DNA from: a virus
Lineage: Duplodnaviria; Caudoviricetes
Length of the DNA: 64,000 nucleotides
Direction: 5' to 3' (one strand)
IMG/VR virus record: IMGVR_UViG_3300028533_000484
Location: 76,447-140,446 of that record
The notes beneath the pieces are model-generated. The model ran no database searches. It was not told the DNA's origin and saw only the letters and a program-made list of their open reading frames with translations. Of this stretch, positions 35,829 through 46,113 are shown piece by piece. The first letter of the stretch is position 1. The number at the start of each line of letters is the position of its first letter. The position numbers and the translations under genes are program-made.

Positions 35829-36344
35829 ATGAGAATTGACAAACTTGATGAAGAAAAGTTGAATGAGTTTCGTGATTTTTGCAGATATGGCTATTGTCTT
35901 GAAGAAGAAACTGCCAAAGAGTATTTAAATTTTTTGGTAAACGGAATTAAAAGCATAACAGATAAGTATAAAACTATTTCAGCAGACACTGCTCATAAAA
36001 TTAACAATAAAAGATTTAGAAATGAGAGAACTAGGGATGACAGAATTGATAATGATTATTTTGAATCTTTTTCTGGCAAAGAAGGAACTTTGAGCGAATT
36101 CGAAACAGAGTTTGAATATATGTTCAACCAGTTGAAGATAGAAAAAGATGATAAAGGTAAAAGAAAAATACCTCAAGAATGGATTACCTGGATTCAATCG
36201 ACTTTTAATGATTACGTTTGCAGATTTGACAAAAGAGATCCATCTATAAAAGCAGATTTTGCAGATGAAGTAAACTGGAAAGATAAAGGAAGATTTACCG
36301 GATCTCATCTACCTTCATCTGCAAAAAAATTAATCGTTACCTAA
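35829..36344 (+). CDS. Convergent-pair protein A, copy 1
   Basis: DFCRYGYCLEEETA motif shared with the 38980 and 48929 genes. Confidence 0.8.
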   Translation: MRIDKLDEEKLNEFRDFCRYGYCLEEETAKEYLNFLVNGIKSITDKYKTISADTAHKINNKRFRNERTRDDRIDNDYFESFSGKEGTLSEFETEFEYMFNQLKIEKDDKGKRKIPQEWITWIQSTFNDYVCRFDKRDPSIKADFADEVNWKDKGRFTGSHLPSSAKKLIVT

Positions 36345-36827
36345 AAGGTCATCTACTGTAGTAGTAGTGTTATATTTTAATAAGGTTTTTAACATTTTTC
36401 TAACGTATTCGATTTTTTCTTTATCTGCATCGTTTTCTTTTTCTAGCCAAAGAACTTGGTTTGCAAAAGAATAAGTTTCTTTCGTATACTTCGGAGCAAG
36501 GTCTGTAAAATCAGCAGGAATTTCAATTGCTTCTTTTGAAACAAAATGGTCGAGACTGCCAAAAATCAAAACATAGTTGTTGTGGGTAATTACCTTCAGT
36601 TCATCATTCAGTAGTTTTGCTGTTATAAAATCTTCTAGTTTTCCTGTGCTACCATCAACATCAAATTCTGCAACAGAGATTTCTTTGTTTTTGATTTTAT
36701 CAAAAACTTCTGAAACTTTGAATTCACCTTTAAATATATCAAATTCAGTGTCATTTCTTTGAAGTTTAAAAGCTTTTCCCAAAACATCTACTGAATATTT
36801 TTTATCTAGCCCTTTGAGATCAATCAT
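36330..36827 (-). CDS. Convergent-pair protein B, copy 1
   Basis: LDxxYxVDV...PxDFT...YNTTT.V.DLL shared with the 39474 and 49437 genes. Confidence 0.8.
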   Translation of the reverse strand: MIDLKGLDKKYSVDVLGKAFKLQRNDTEFDIFKGEFKVSEVFDKIKNKEISVAEFDVDGSTGKLEDFITAKLLNDELKVITHNNYVLIFGSLDHFVSKEAIEIPADFTDLAPKYTKETYSFANQVLWLEKENDADKEKIEYVRKMLKTLLKYNTTTTVDDLLGND

Positions 36828-36938
36828 TCTTGTACCTCCTTACCTATAATAATATAGGTACTTTTCAGCAAAATGTTTCAAAATCTCAAAAAAGTGTTTA
36901 CGGAAGAGGTTTCCAAAACATTTTAACTAATTTTTAAT

Positions 36939-37958
36939 ATGAAAAAACTTAGCAAAGTTGCCGCAGAGCTTTTAGCTACATATGTAAACCTTATCGATTC
37001 AGAGTTTAACGCACATATCTGCGAAAACGGAGAATTTGACAACGAGAGCGTTCAATTTTCAGATAGTTATAGAGTTTTCTACGACGGAAAGGACAACAAC
37101 ACAGATAATTACATTACAGTATATTCGTTTAACTCTGAGAAAAAGAGCAGTTGTGTACTTCTAAACTTTTCTCACGAAGAAACTGAAGGTATTCAAGAGC
37201 TTTTAGAATTTGCTTTCAATCAATGTGAATTTGCAGAAAAGTCTAACGAAACAATCTGGAGCAATACCGAAACAAACTGGATAGTTGATTTAGATGTAAT
37301 TATTGAACTTATTGAAGATTTTAAAAATCCTTATGGAATAAATAATCCTGATCTAGGTGTAAAAGCAGAATATGAAAAGAATAGAGCTTCAAGAAGTTAT
37401 CCTTTAGATGAGTCCTACTCTACAGACTTAACTGATTTAGAACAAATACAAGATGATTGGCTTTACGTTTTAGAAAAAGTTGAGGACTTTGACCCTTTTA
37501 TCATAATTGCTTTAAAGTCAATTCCTATACATTATGTTGAAGATTTAAGATCTGACAACGGTCTTGAAAGAGTAGCTGAGTTTGTTGTTGAATATGGTTT
37601 AGAATACAGTCTAAATGTCGGAGGAGTTTATTTTGAACTAAAACGAGAAGTGGCTATAGGTGCTTTACTTCACGAAATAGCTCATGCTATTTTAGCTTTC
37701 AGATATTTGCTTACAGGTAATACTTCCGCTTACAACTTATATGCAAGGACTAACGGTGGTCATACAGAAGACTGGTGGAAAATAGCTACAGAGTTAACAA
37801 AATATTTTAATGAAAAAATTGAAATTGTAGAAACATTAGATTTAAGAGATGCAAGTATCTACGAGTATCCAATACAGTATGAAAACTACAATGACGATGC
37901 TGTTTGGAGTGAAGAGTATTCCGAACCTGAAGAGATGGATTCAAACTTTAGCTTTTAG
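36939..37958 (+). CDS. Protein with a SprT-like zinc metalloprotease domain
   Basis: LLHEIAH...GGHTEDWW. Confidence 0.7.
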   Translation: MKKLSKVAAELLATYVNLIDSEFNAHICENGEFDNESVQFSDSYRVFYDGKDNNTDNYITVYSFNSEKKSSCVLLNFSHEETEGIQELLEFAFNQCEFAEKSNETIWSNTETNWIVDLDVIIELIEDFKNPYGINNPDLGVKAEYEKNRASRSYPLDESYSTDLTDLEQIQDDWLYVLEKVEDFDPFIIIALKSIPIHYVEDLRSDNGLERVAEFVVEYGLEYSLNVGGVYFELKREVAIGALLHEIAHAILAFRYLLTGNTSAYNLYARTNGGHTEDWWKIATELTKYFNEKIEIVETLDLRDASIYEYPIQYENYNDDAVWSEEYSEPEEMDSNFSF

Positions 37959-37969
37959 GGAGGATGTAA

Positions 37970-38968
37970 ATGAGAAAATTAAAAGAAGAAGTTTATATAG
38001 CAACACCAGAAGCTCCTATAAAATTGTGGATAGTAAATGAAGATGATCCAGACATGTCTTGTGGATATATTGAGTCAACCTGTAAATCAGACACGATGCT
38101 TTTGCAAACATTTATCCAAAAAGCTGGATACAAAGTAGTTTCTTCAAAGCCAAAAAATTGTGTTTATGCAAGAGGTATTCCTTTAAGAGTATTTTTAGGT
38201 AAAAAAACATATGCAGAGTTTTCAACAGATAAATATAATGAGGCTATTTTAGAGACTTTTAAACAAGTTGCAAAGTCTCTTAAGATTGAATTAAAGCAAA
38301 CTAAACAGCGTGGATTAGCTGTGCAAGAGTGTAAAGGTGAATTCTCGGATACAGATTATTGGAAAGAGCATAAAAATAAAACTTTTAAGTTTAAGCAAGG
38401 ATTAAAAGAAGCAAAAGGAAATAAAAACGACGATAATTTTTCTCATGCTGAACATTTAGATTTTGAAACAGTAAAAAGTATGTTTAAACATCCTAAAAAG
38501 TTAGCAAAGTATATGTTTGAACATCCTGGGCTTTTAGATGTTGTTCAATCAAAAGCTTTTAATTACGCAGATGAAATTGGTCAACAACAAGGTTTTGAAG
38601 CCTACTATCCTCTCTGGTTGAAGATTACTCAAACAGGTTTTGATACCATTTTTAATCTAACAACTTTGGAAGATCCTAATGAAGAAATAGACCTTTATAG
38701 AGGAATAGTTCTGTTTGAAGTAGAGCCTAATTTAGAAGAACCTGGTATCTGCTGGAGTTATGAAGAAGAAGGTGCCTCAGATTGGGTAAACGAGCTTTGT
38801 ATAGAAGATGATCCGAACGAGGCTCCTTGTATTTTGGTCGGTAAAACTAAAATTGAAAATGTCGATTGGATTATAACATTTCTACTACTGTGTGCTAGTC
38901 CTGAAGAAAAAGAAATTCGAATTTGGGATGATTCTAAAGTGGAAATAACAGATTGGTATGTAGAATAG
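37970..38968 (+). CDS. Putative virion protein with a C-terminal ADP-ribosyltransferase-like domain
   Basis: MRKLKE start; LYRGI...GICWS...EEKEIR. Confidence 0.6.
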   Translation: MRKLKEEVYIATPEAPIKLWIVNEDDPDMSCGYIESTCKSDTMLLQTFIQKAGYKVVSSKPKNCVYARGIPLRVFLGKKTYAEFSTDKYNEAILETFKQVAKSLKIELKQTKQRGLAVQECKGEFSDTDYWKEHKNKTFKFKQGLKEAKGNKNDDNFSHAEHLDFETVKSMFKHPKKLAKYMFEHPGLLDVVQSKAFNYADEIGQQQGFEAYYPLWLKITQTGFDTIFNLTTLEDPNEEIDLYRGIVLFEVEPNLEEPGICWSYEEEGASDWVNELCIEDDPNEAPCILVGKTKIENVDWIITFLLLCASPEEKEIRIWDDSKVEITDWYVE

Positions 38969-38979
38969 AGGTTGAAAAA

Positions 38980-39477
38980 ATGAGGCTTAGAGAAGATATT
39001 TTAAACGAGTTTTATGATTTTTGCAAATATGGATATTGTCTGGAAGAGGAAACTGCAAAAGATTATTTGAAATTTCTAATTGATGCTTTGTGTCTTATTA
39101 GGGATAGTTATGGAGACAAAGCTGTCGAAAGTACCGAAAATCGTTCTAAAGTGAATGTTATCAGGTTTCAAAAAGAGCAAAAAGATTTAAAAGGAGATGC
39201 AAATGTAGACTACTTTGAAGGAAAAACTTTAGCAGATTTTGAGAAAGATTTTGAGAGGATGCTTAATCAATTAAAGACTCAACATACTTTAGATGGTAAA
39301 AGAAAGATTTCTACCAAATGGATTGAATGGATACAGGATACATACAACAACTACGTTGCAAGATTTGAAAAAAGATCTCCTGAGATATCTACAGATTTTC
39401 GAAACCAGGTAAGTTGGAAAAATAAAAAAGAAACTTCCAATACAGGTAAATATTTACCGTCTACAGCTAAAAACTAA
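38980..39477 (+). CDS. Convergent-pair protein A, copy 2 (start 38980, MRLRE)
   Basis: SD GAGG before ATG 38980; DFCKYGYCLEEETA. Confidence 0.8.
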   Translation: MRLREDILNEFYDFCKYGYCLEEETAKDYLKFLIDALCLIRDSYGDKAVESTENRSKVNVIRFQKEQKDLKGDANVDYFEGKTLADFEKDFERMLNQLKTQHTLDGKRKISTKWIEWIQDTYNNYVARFEKRSPEISTDFRNQVSWKNKKETSNTGKYLPSTAKN

Positions 39478-39968
39478 TCTCCTAGAAGATCTTCTATGCG
39501 AGTAGTTGTATTATACATAAGCATATTTTTTAAGTCTTTTCTCATACTTAAAACAAATTCTTTTTCTTCTGGATCTTCTGATTCTGGTAATAGCCAAAAA
39601 ACCCTGTTTATGCTTTCTACATGAGCATCAACGGAATCGTTTGCTTTTGTAAAATCTTCAGGAACTACAATTGGTTGTTTTGTAATAAGATTTTCCAGAT
39701 GAGTAAACATTAATGTATATGTACTACTGCCAATAATCTTAGCTTCTTTGTTTAACTGTCTAATGTAAACGTAATCCTGAAGCGTAGCAAAAGATGGATC
39801 GATGCTAAAAGCTTTTACGACTTTTCTGCTTTTTACAAGTTCAAAAGCTTCTGAAACCTTTAATTCATCTGAAAATGTTATCAAAGAGTCTGTTCTGTGC
39901 AAGTAACAGAAAAGACCTGACTTCACATCCACTGTATATAACTTGTCCAATTTCTCGAAATCAAGCAT
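39474..39968 (-). CDS. Convergent-pair protein B, copy 2
   Basis: Paralog of the 36330 and 49437 genes. Confidence 0.8.
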   Translation of the reverse strand: MLDFEKLDKLYTVDVKSGLFCYLHRTDSLITFSDELKVSEAFELVKSRKVVKAFSIDPSFATLQDYVYIRQLNKEAKIIGSSTYTLMFTHLENLITKQPIVVPEDFTKANDSVDAHVESINRVFWLLPESEDPEEKEFVLSMRKDLKNMLMYNTTTRIEDLLGD

Positions 39969-40051
39969 TCTTGTACCTCCTGAACACTAATAATATAGTT
40001 TTTTCCAGAATGCATCCTTCAAGAAGTTTTCACGAATTTCGAGGAAATCTA

Positions 40052-41950
40052 TTACGTGATATTGATATGGAATTCTCTTCCTCTTAAAAAGTTTTTCCTT
40101 TCATCTGTATCAAAACCAAACCAATTTTGAATTGACTTTTTATAATTTTTATCAGCATCGTAAGGCATTAGAAGTTTCTCCATTCCACCTTCTTTATCTA
40201 AAACTTGATTAAGTCTAACCTTAGTCCAAGAACCTAAACCTTTTAAGTAAAAATAATCTAAATTCTTTTTCATATCTTTTTTGTCTGGAAAGTTAAAATA
40301 GTACTCTTCTACTTTTTCTCCTTTAAGACCAATTAATAATGGAGTATTTAATCTACAGACTCTTCCGTTTTCAATCATTTTTGGAGCAAGTTTTGCAAAC
40401 ATTGTAAGTACCAAACCTGCAATTGCTGTACCATCGGGGTCCGCGTCGGATAAAACAACAACATAGTCGTAAGTCATATCTTCTGTTTTACCATATAGAT
40501 CTAAGCCTAGAATATTTACAAGCTCTTTGATTTCTTGGTTTTCCATAAAACCTTTTACTTTACCTTTTCTTACAGGACCTACATCTTGAATGTTCATCGG
40601 TTTACCTTGCAACATGTAGTACCCAATTCCTTTACGACCTAGAATAGGACTAATACCAGAGAAAGCAGATCTACCTTCAGTAATCATTAGATACTTTTGA
40701 CCTGATTTTGCTACAGGTGCAAAATATTTCTCACTTACGACTTCTTTCTTTACTTTGTTGAGAGCATCTGTTGCTTTACGAGCTGCCAATTCCTCTTTTA
40801 ATTTAAAAAGCTCTGTAATATTTTCAATAATCGGTTTTGTACGAAGAATTTTATCTGTAAAAGTATCCAGATCAACATTATTTGCTCTTAAGAATTCTGT
40901 AATTTCTCCTTGAGAATTTGTAATTTTTTCTTTTGTCTGGGAATTAAATTTACAGTTTGTAAAATCTTTCAGAAAAACAACTATACCAATACGATTGCGA
41001 ATGTCTGCAGGTTTGATTGCTTTGTATTTTTTAGATACTTTCTCACGAATATCATTTATAACTTTTGCTGAGATGTAATCAACATGTGTACCACCTTCGC
41101 GAAGTGAAATACCGTTTACATAACTCAGTACATAGGGTTCATCACTAGGATATACACAAATATAGCAATTAGGCTCGTTGAGTACTACGGCTGGTTGAGG
41201 AAACATTGAAGCAAGATCTTTTGCTTTTACTCCGACCTTTTCTCCATTAAAAGTAATTGTACATTTAGGAAAGAACCAGGAAAGGAATTTCAAACGAGTC
41301 TTAATAAGAGATATAATGTTTTCATCAAACTCTTTTACACCAAATCTAGCAAAATCTGGAGTAAATGTTATTGTTGTTCCTTTTTTTGGTGATGCAGTTA
41401 AAAGTTTAAAGTCCATTTTAGATCTATTATCTTCGCAATTGATCTTCATCTTTGCATTACCATCGCAAGTAATACATTCAAACTTTTTAGAGAAAATGTT
41501 CGCGCCCTTACATCCGATACCGTTGGTCCCGATAGTCTTTCTGTTTGCATCATCTTCAAAGTTGGAACCTGACATTGGTCTACAGACAGCATCTACACAC
41601 ATCCAGTTTCCTTCATCATCTTGAACAACTGGAATACCTCGACCATTGTCTTCGCAAGAAAATGTATCTTTTGTAATAGTAACTTTAATTTTATTTGAAA
41701 AAGCCCAATCTGTTTTTACACCTTCGTCAATTGAGTTGTCGACAACCTCGTTACAGATTTTCAATAAACCTTCTGTAAAGTTAACTTCTTTGTAAGAGAT
41801 CTGTCCATCTTCCTCTAAGATCCAAGAGTTAATATTAGCAGGAGAAACTCCACCTATGTACATTGAAGGCCGTCTAAGTACATGTTCAATAGTAGATAAA
41901 TGTTTAATTATTTGATTGCTTTCTAATTTTTTTGTTTTATTATCTTTCAT
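40052..41950 (-). CDS. DNA topoisomerase II large subunit (T4 gp39+gp60 / GyrB-like)
   Basis: RPSMYIG, EVVDNSID, DNGRGIP, GTNGIG, TEGRSA, DADPDG, KGLG. Confidence 0.95.
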   Translation of the reverse strand: MKDNKTKKLESNQIIKHLSTIEHVLRRPSMYIGGVSPANINSWILEEDGQISYKEVNFTEGLLKICNEVVDNSIDEGVKTDWAFSNKIKVTITKDTFSCEDNGRGIPVVQDDEGNWMCVDAVCRPMSGSNFEDDANRKTIGTNGIGCKGANIFSKKFECITCDGNAKMKINCEDNRSKMDFKLLTASPKKGTTITFTPDFARFGVKEFDENIISLIKTRLKFLSWFFPKCTITFNGEKVGVKAKDLASMFPQPAVVLNEPNCYICVYPSDEPYVLSYVNGISLREGGTHVDYISAKVINDIREKVSKKYKAIKPADIRNRIGIVVFLKDFTNCKFNSQTKEKITNSQGEITEFLRANNVDLDTFTDKILRTKPIIENITELFKLKEELAARKATDALNKVKKEVVSEKYFAPVAKSGQKYLMITEGRSAFSGISPILGRKGIGYYMLQGKPMNIQDVGPVRKGKVKGFMENQEIKELVNILGLDLYGKTEDMTYDYVVVLSDADPDGTAIAGLVLTMFAKLAPKMIENGRVCRLNTPLLIGLKGEKVEEYYFNFPDKKDMKKNLDYFYLKGLGSWTKVRLNQVLDKEGGMEKLLMPYDADKNYKKSIQNWFGFDTDERKNFLRGREFHINIT

Positions 41951-42002
41951 AGTTTTATTATTATAGTTCCTTTTGATTCTTTCTCTTCTCTAATTGAAAG
42001 GA

Positions 42003-42030
42003 AAAGGTGCTCATTTCAGAGCACCTTTTT
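42003..42030. terminator. Intrinsic terminator
   Basis: AAAAGGTGCTC-ATTTCA-GAGCACCTTTT. Confidence 0.75.
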
Positions 42031-42051
42031 ACTTTTTAGAATTTTATCGAC

Positions 42052-42825
42052 TTAATCCCGGTCGTAACTCTCGTCGTCATCCCAGTCATCATCCTCGTAA
42101 TAGTACCTAACACTGTCGAGATATCTTTTTACATCTTTTCCGAAGTATATTCCAAATAGACCTTTACCATCTTCGGTATAGTCAGCTTGAGTAGAAATAA
42201 AATACTCGTTCTTGGAAATTTCAAGAATTGTAGGACTACCATAAGGACCGTCATTTTCAAACGATGCTAAACAAGTGTAACCTTCGCTTTCAACGTTTTC
42301 AGGCATGACTCCAAAAATGTCTTCTGATGGTTCTTCGTTGAGAATTGCAGCATGTGCATCCCAGTCAGAATTACCTCTTTCAGCAATAGCAATATAAAGA
42401 TATTTACCAGCATATTTAGACTCTGCAGGAAGTTTAACAAAAGCATATTCATCTTCAGACTGAAGTTCATCCATTAGATCAACAAAATGTTCTGTCGGAT
42501 TTTCAGATTCAGAAATCCTCTTTGCAGATGTCTTTGTAGAGCATCTTAAAACTCCAAGTCCCAAACCTTTTAAGTATACATTGTACATTCTCTGAAAATT
42601 TGCTTCAAAGTTTGGATTTGAGGAAATATCTGCAATTAATTTGTCTGTATACTCAGTTGCTTCTGTATTTAATCCAGCAGTTTCACAAGCCATAAGAGTA
42701 TCGATCAAATCAGCGTTTGTCTTACAAGCATTTAACATATCTATATGTGCAACTAAAGCTTTCTCCAATGTACCGTTCCATTTAGAAATATCTCTACCTG
42801 TACCAGTAGTTTTAAATTTTGACAT
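42052..42825 (-). CDS. Two-domain putative virion protein
   Basis: CTAAATA upstream; RISES linker; N-domain similar to 53363-53635. Confidence 0.7.
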   Translation of the reverse strand: MSKFKTTGTGRDISKWNGTLEKALVAHIDMLNACKTNADLIDTLMACETAGLNTEATEYTDKLIADISSNPNFEANFQRMYNVYLKGLGLGVLRCSTKTSAKRISESENPTEHFVDLMDELQSEDEYAFVKLPAESKYAGKYLYIAIAERGNSDWDAHAAILNEEPSEDIFGVMPENVESEGYTCLASFENDGPYGSPTILEISKNEYFISTQADYTEDGKGLFGIYFGKDVKRYLDSVRYYYEDDDWDDDESYDRD

Positions 42826-42882
42826 GGTTTTAATCTCCTATATTGTAATATTTAGTTGTTTTTTATTCGAGCTACCGATAAG

Positions 42883-44250
42883 TTAAAGATCCGTAGATTT
42901 TTTTGCAACAGTTTTTATAAAGCCTTCTTTTTTAAGTTCTGTTTCAAGTTCGTTCAAGTCTTTTGTCCAAGCACTTTCTGGAGTTTCCTGTTCCATTGCT
43001 TCACGTTCTTTTGTCTTGTCTTTCCACTTCTTTTCAATTTCTTTTGCTTTATCTATTGTAATGGAATATAAAGGCATCGAAAGAAGTTTATCTACAATTG
43101 TGTAACCTTTTTGTTTAAGATCTGCTTCTGCAACTGCTTTTTTCTTATCTTTTAAAACTATTGTACCTTTAATAACTTCCTGAATAAATCTGTAGACTTC
43201 GTTTAATTCACTCTCTTCTTTTTTCAATCTTGCAATTTCAGATTTAATACGTAACTTAAGATATTTAATCTTAATTTTGTAGTAATCATTAAAGACGGAT
43301 CTTACTTCGTTATATTCACGAACTGTATTATTTTCATCCATACAAGTTACAGTTTCTGTCATTCTTTGAATCAAGCCAAGATCTTTCCAGATTTGATCTT
43401 CTGATTTTACCAATTCTGTATCCGAAAGCCAAATTTCGAATTTAAAAACATCATCTTCACTAAAATCGTTGAATTTTAGTACAAGGCCATCCTCTTTAAG
43501 ACTGCGAAGCTTTTTCAAATAGCCACTTAAATCCCAAGTTATTGGAAGTTCGTCAATATAAAGTTTCTTACCTTCAAGTCTAGCAATACCCTTAACAATC
43601 CAAGAGCCATCAACATTGTCAATTGTGCCTTTAAAACCTTCCCAATGTGGTTTTAGCCAATCGGATTTAATGTTCTTTCCTGCAATTGCTGCTCTTGTAA
43701 GCTTGAAAATATTTTCAAGAGAGCGAGGATAAATATCTGAAGAAAATCCTACACCAATTCCTTCTGTACCATTGAGTAATATTAATGGTAAAGTCGGTAC
43801 ATAAAACATTGGTTCAATTTGCTTACCTTCGAACTCTTGATAAATAAGATTTGGATCATCTTCTTTTCTAAAAAGTAAATTAAAATAATCTGCCGGTCTT
43901 GCAAAAATATAACGAGGTGCAGAAGCTGTTGGTGAGAACCTAGTACCAAAAGATCCAACTCCTTCTAAAGGTGGTAAATTGTTTGCACCACAATATTTTG
44001 CAGACATTGTTACAATTGTACTTTGAGCACCAGATTCACCATGTAAGTATTCTGCTTCATCTACAAGTTTGGAACTGTAAGCTGTAACTTTAATTGGGTT
44101 TTTAATTCCACATTTTTTCGTAGTATAGACTACCTTTCTTGCAGTCATCTTCAACCCGTCAATGTAAGATGCTGTTGCTCTATACAAAATGTATAGAGCA
44201 GCGTCATTGTACTGTGTATTTAAAAATTCTGTAATATCCATCTTTTTCAA
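42883..44250 (-). CDS. DNA topoisomerase II medium subunit (T4 gp52 / GyrA-like)
   Basis: DGLK..RK, YLHGE, GSFGTR, SAPRY catalytic Tyr, LNGTEGIGVG. Confidence 0.95.
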   Translation of the reverse strand: MKKMDITEFLNTQYNDAALYILYRATASYIDGLKMTARKVVYTTKKCGIKNPIKVTAYSSKLVDEAEYLHGESGAQSTIVTMSAKYCGANNLPPLEGVGSFGTRFSPTASAPRYIFARPADYFNLLFRKEDDPNLIYQEFEGKQIEPMFYVPTLPLILLNGTEGIGVGFSSDIYPRSLENIFKLTRAAIAGKNIKSDWLKPHWEGFKGTIDNVDGSWIVKGIARLEGKKLYIDELPITWDLSGYLKKLRSLKEDGLVLKFNDFSEDDVFKFEIWLSDTELVKSEDQIWKDLGLIQRMTETVTCMDENNTVREYNEVRSVFNDYYKIKIKYLKLRIKSEIARLKKEESELNEVYRFIQEVIKGTIVLKDKKKAVAEADLKQKGYTIVDKLLSMPLYSITIDKAKEIEKKWKDKTKEREAMEQETPESAWTKDLNELETELKKEGFIKTVAKKSTDL

Positions 44251-44414
44251 CCTTTAGAAGAATTATAGTTAAATAGCCAAAGCAATAAGCACAAAAGCTG
44301 CAAAACCAAACAAAAATAAAAGAAGTTCAGAGCTTAAGTCCTTAATAGTTTTAAATATCTTTTTCCATGCTTTCATTTAAGTCCTCCACACTGTTGAAAT
44401 CGAACGAAGATTGT

Positions 44415-45374
44415 TTAAGATTTTCTATTTAACGAAAACTTTTTTGTTGCTTTCGATTTGCTTGCAAAGTTGATGTCTAAATCGACTCTAAACTTGTTTA
44501 TATCTATATCTGAATCTCGAGGAAGCATACTTTCGATTACTCTAAGATTTGCATCTGTTAGATCTAACAATTTTTCATAGGATCTACAAGTGTTGGAAAG
44601 TTTTAATAGTTCAGTAAGTCTTTGAAATTTTCCAGAACCTCTGAAGAATTCAATTTTAGCTTCAGATAAAGTCAATTCACCTTCACCAATATCTTTAAGA
44701 ATTTCCATCATTACATCGCTAGCAGTCCTAATAACCTTGGTGCTAGGATCTTTGAACGAGCCTACAATGTTATCTGAAACATCTCCATAAAGAGCTTTCC
44801 AAAGAGTTACAGATGCAATGTTTGGTTTAAATCCATGTTTCTTTTCAAAATCTGTTGCTGTGTAAATGCTTTCTTGTTTTAAAGTAAAACCTTTAGTAAG
44901 CATTTCGACTCTTCCTGCCTCGAGATACCTTGACCAGTCTTCATCAGATGACAATAATAAACATTTTCCAGTTTCTGTAAGTTTTTCTACAAAATCATCG
45001 GCTTCAAACTGTACATCGTGATAAACAGAAATTCTAGGTCTTTTTGTAACAATAAATTCTGAATAAAGTTTTTCAAGAGTATCTAATCTCAATTGAGCTG
45101 TAGGACTATTTTTATCTCTTACAGTTTTATAACCTTCTTTAATTTTAAGTCTTGCACTCATCTGTCCATTTGATAACATTGGATCAAACAATAAACAGAC
45201 TTCACCAAGAGTTTGATCTTGAAGTTTGTCCAATACAGATTTGTAGTGATTGAAAACTGTATTATTTTTACTCAACTGATTTACGGTTTCCTGAGTAAGA
45301 TCCTTCAGATAAAGACTAGCTACTCTATAGAATATGTTACTTACATCTACAATTATTTTGTCATATATTAGCAT
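44415..45374 (-). CDS. rnh: RNase H / 5'-3' flap exonuclease (T4 rnh-like)
   Basis: IVD..N, FD, YK..R, EADD, SSDED, GD.SDNI. Confidence 0.85.
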   Translation of the reverse strand: MLIYDKIIVDVSNIFYRVASLYLKDLTQETVNQLSKNNTVFNHYKSVLDKLQDQTLGEVCLLFDPMLSNGQMSARLKIKEGYKTVRDKNSPTAQLRLDTLEKLYSEFIVTKRPRISVYHDVQFEADDFVEKLTETGKCLLLSSDEDWSRYLEAGRVEMLTKGFTLKQESIYTATDFEKKHGFKPNIASVTLWKALYGDVSDNIVGSFKDPSTKVIRTASDVMMEILKDIGEGELTLSEAKIEFFRGSGKFQRLTELLKLSNTCRSYEKLLDLTDANLRVIESMLPRDSDIDINKFRVDLDINFASKSKATKKFSLNRKS

Positions 45375-45434
45375 TAAGAATCCTCCAATTTAGAGATGAA
45401 AAAAAGCATCTCTAAATTGAAATTAGTTCCAAGT

Positions 45435-46103
45435 CTAGAGATCTGTGTTGTTGATATCTTTAGCATAATCAGCAACTAGGTTAACTGCACTATCGATAAA
45501 TTCATTGTAAGTTAAAATATCCTGAACTGTGTCGTCGATATCTTTTCCACTAATACCACGTTTGTAGATGTTAGCAACTTTCATATAACCAGTTTTAGGT
45601 GCAAAATTAAGCTCTTCAGCCTTAGCTGAATGTTCTTCTTTGATTTCTTCGTTATAAGATTCGATTGTAGCTTTAAAGGCTTTTACAGCTTTTAATTCTT
45701 CCTCAATATCGCACATATTCGTATCAAAATGTGTGAATTTATCAGAATCGATTTGAATATTGATACCAATGCTTTCAAGAGCTTCAAGGTAATCTCCAAG
45801 AATTTCTTCTGTTCGGTTAAATGCCTCTGTAGCTCTAATCAAAGTAACAAGTTTGATAAAGGCTGCTGAAATAATATCTTTATGTTTTTCTTCAGGATTC
45901 AATTCTAATGGATTTCCTGAAATCCAGGCTTTACCTTTACTAGCATAAGCTTTTGCTAAAGTGCTCCAATCGTTTTTATTACCTGAAGTTTCTGTAAGTA
46001 CTCTTTTATTTACTTCTGCAAGAGCTTTTCCAGCTACTTTCCTTTCTTTAAAAATTTTAAGCGTTTCGTTAAGAAGCTCTTTTGCATCTTTTACATCTTC
46101 CAT
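45435..46103 (-). CDS. DsbA-like dsDNA-binding protein, probably two tandem modules
   Basis: KATIESYNEEIKEEHSAKAEEL...ANIYK resembles T4 DsbA; next to rnh as in T4. Confidence 0.55.
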   Translation of the reverse strand: MEDVKDAKELLNETLKIFKERKVAGKALAEVNKRVLTETSGNKNDWSTLAKAYASKGKAWISGNPLELNPEEKHKDIISAAFIKLVTLIRATEAFNRTEEILGDYLEALESIGINIQIDSDKFTHFDTNMCDIEEELKAVKAFKATIESYNEEIKEEHSAKAEELNFAPKTGYMKVANIYKRGISGKDIDDTVQDILTYNEFIDSAVNLVADYAKDINNTDL

Positions 46104-46113
46104 GATCTACTCC

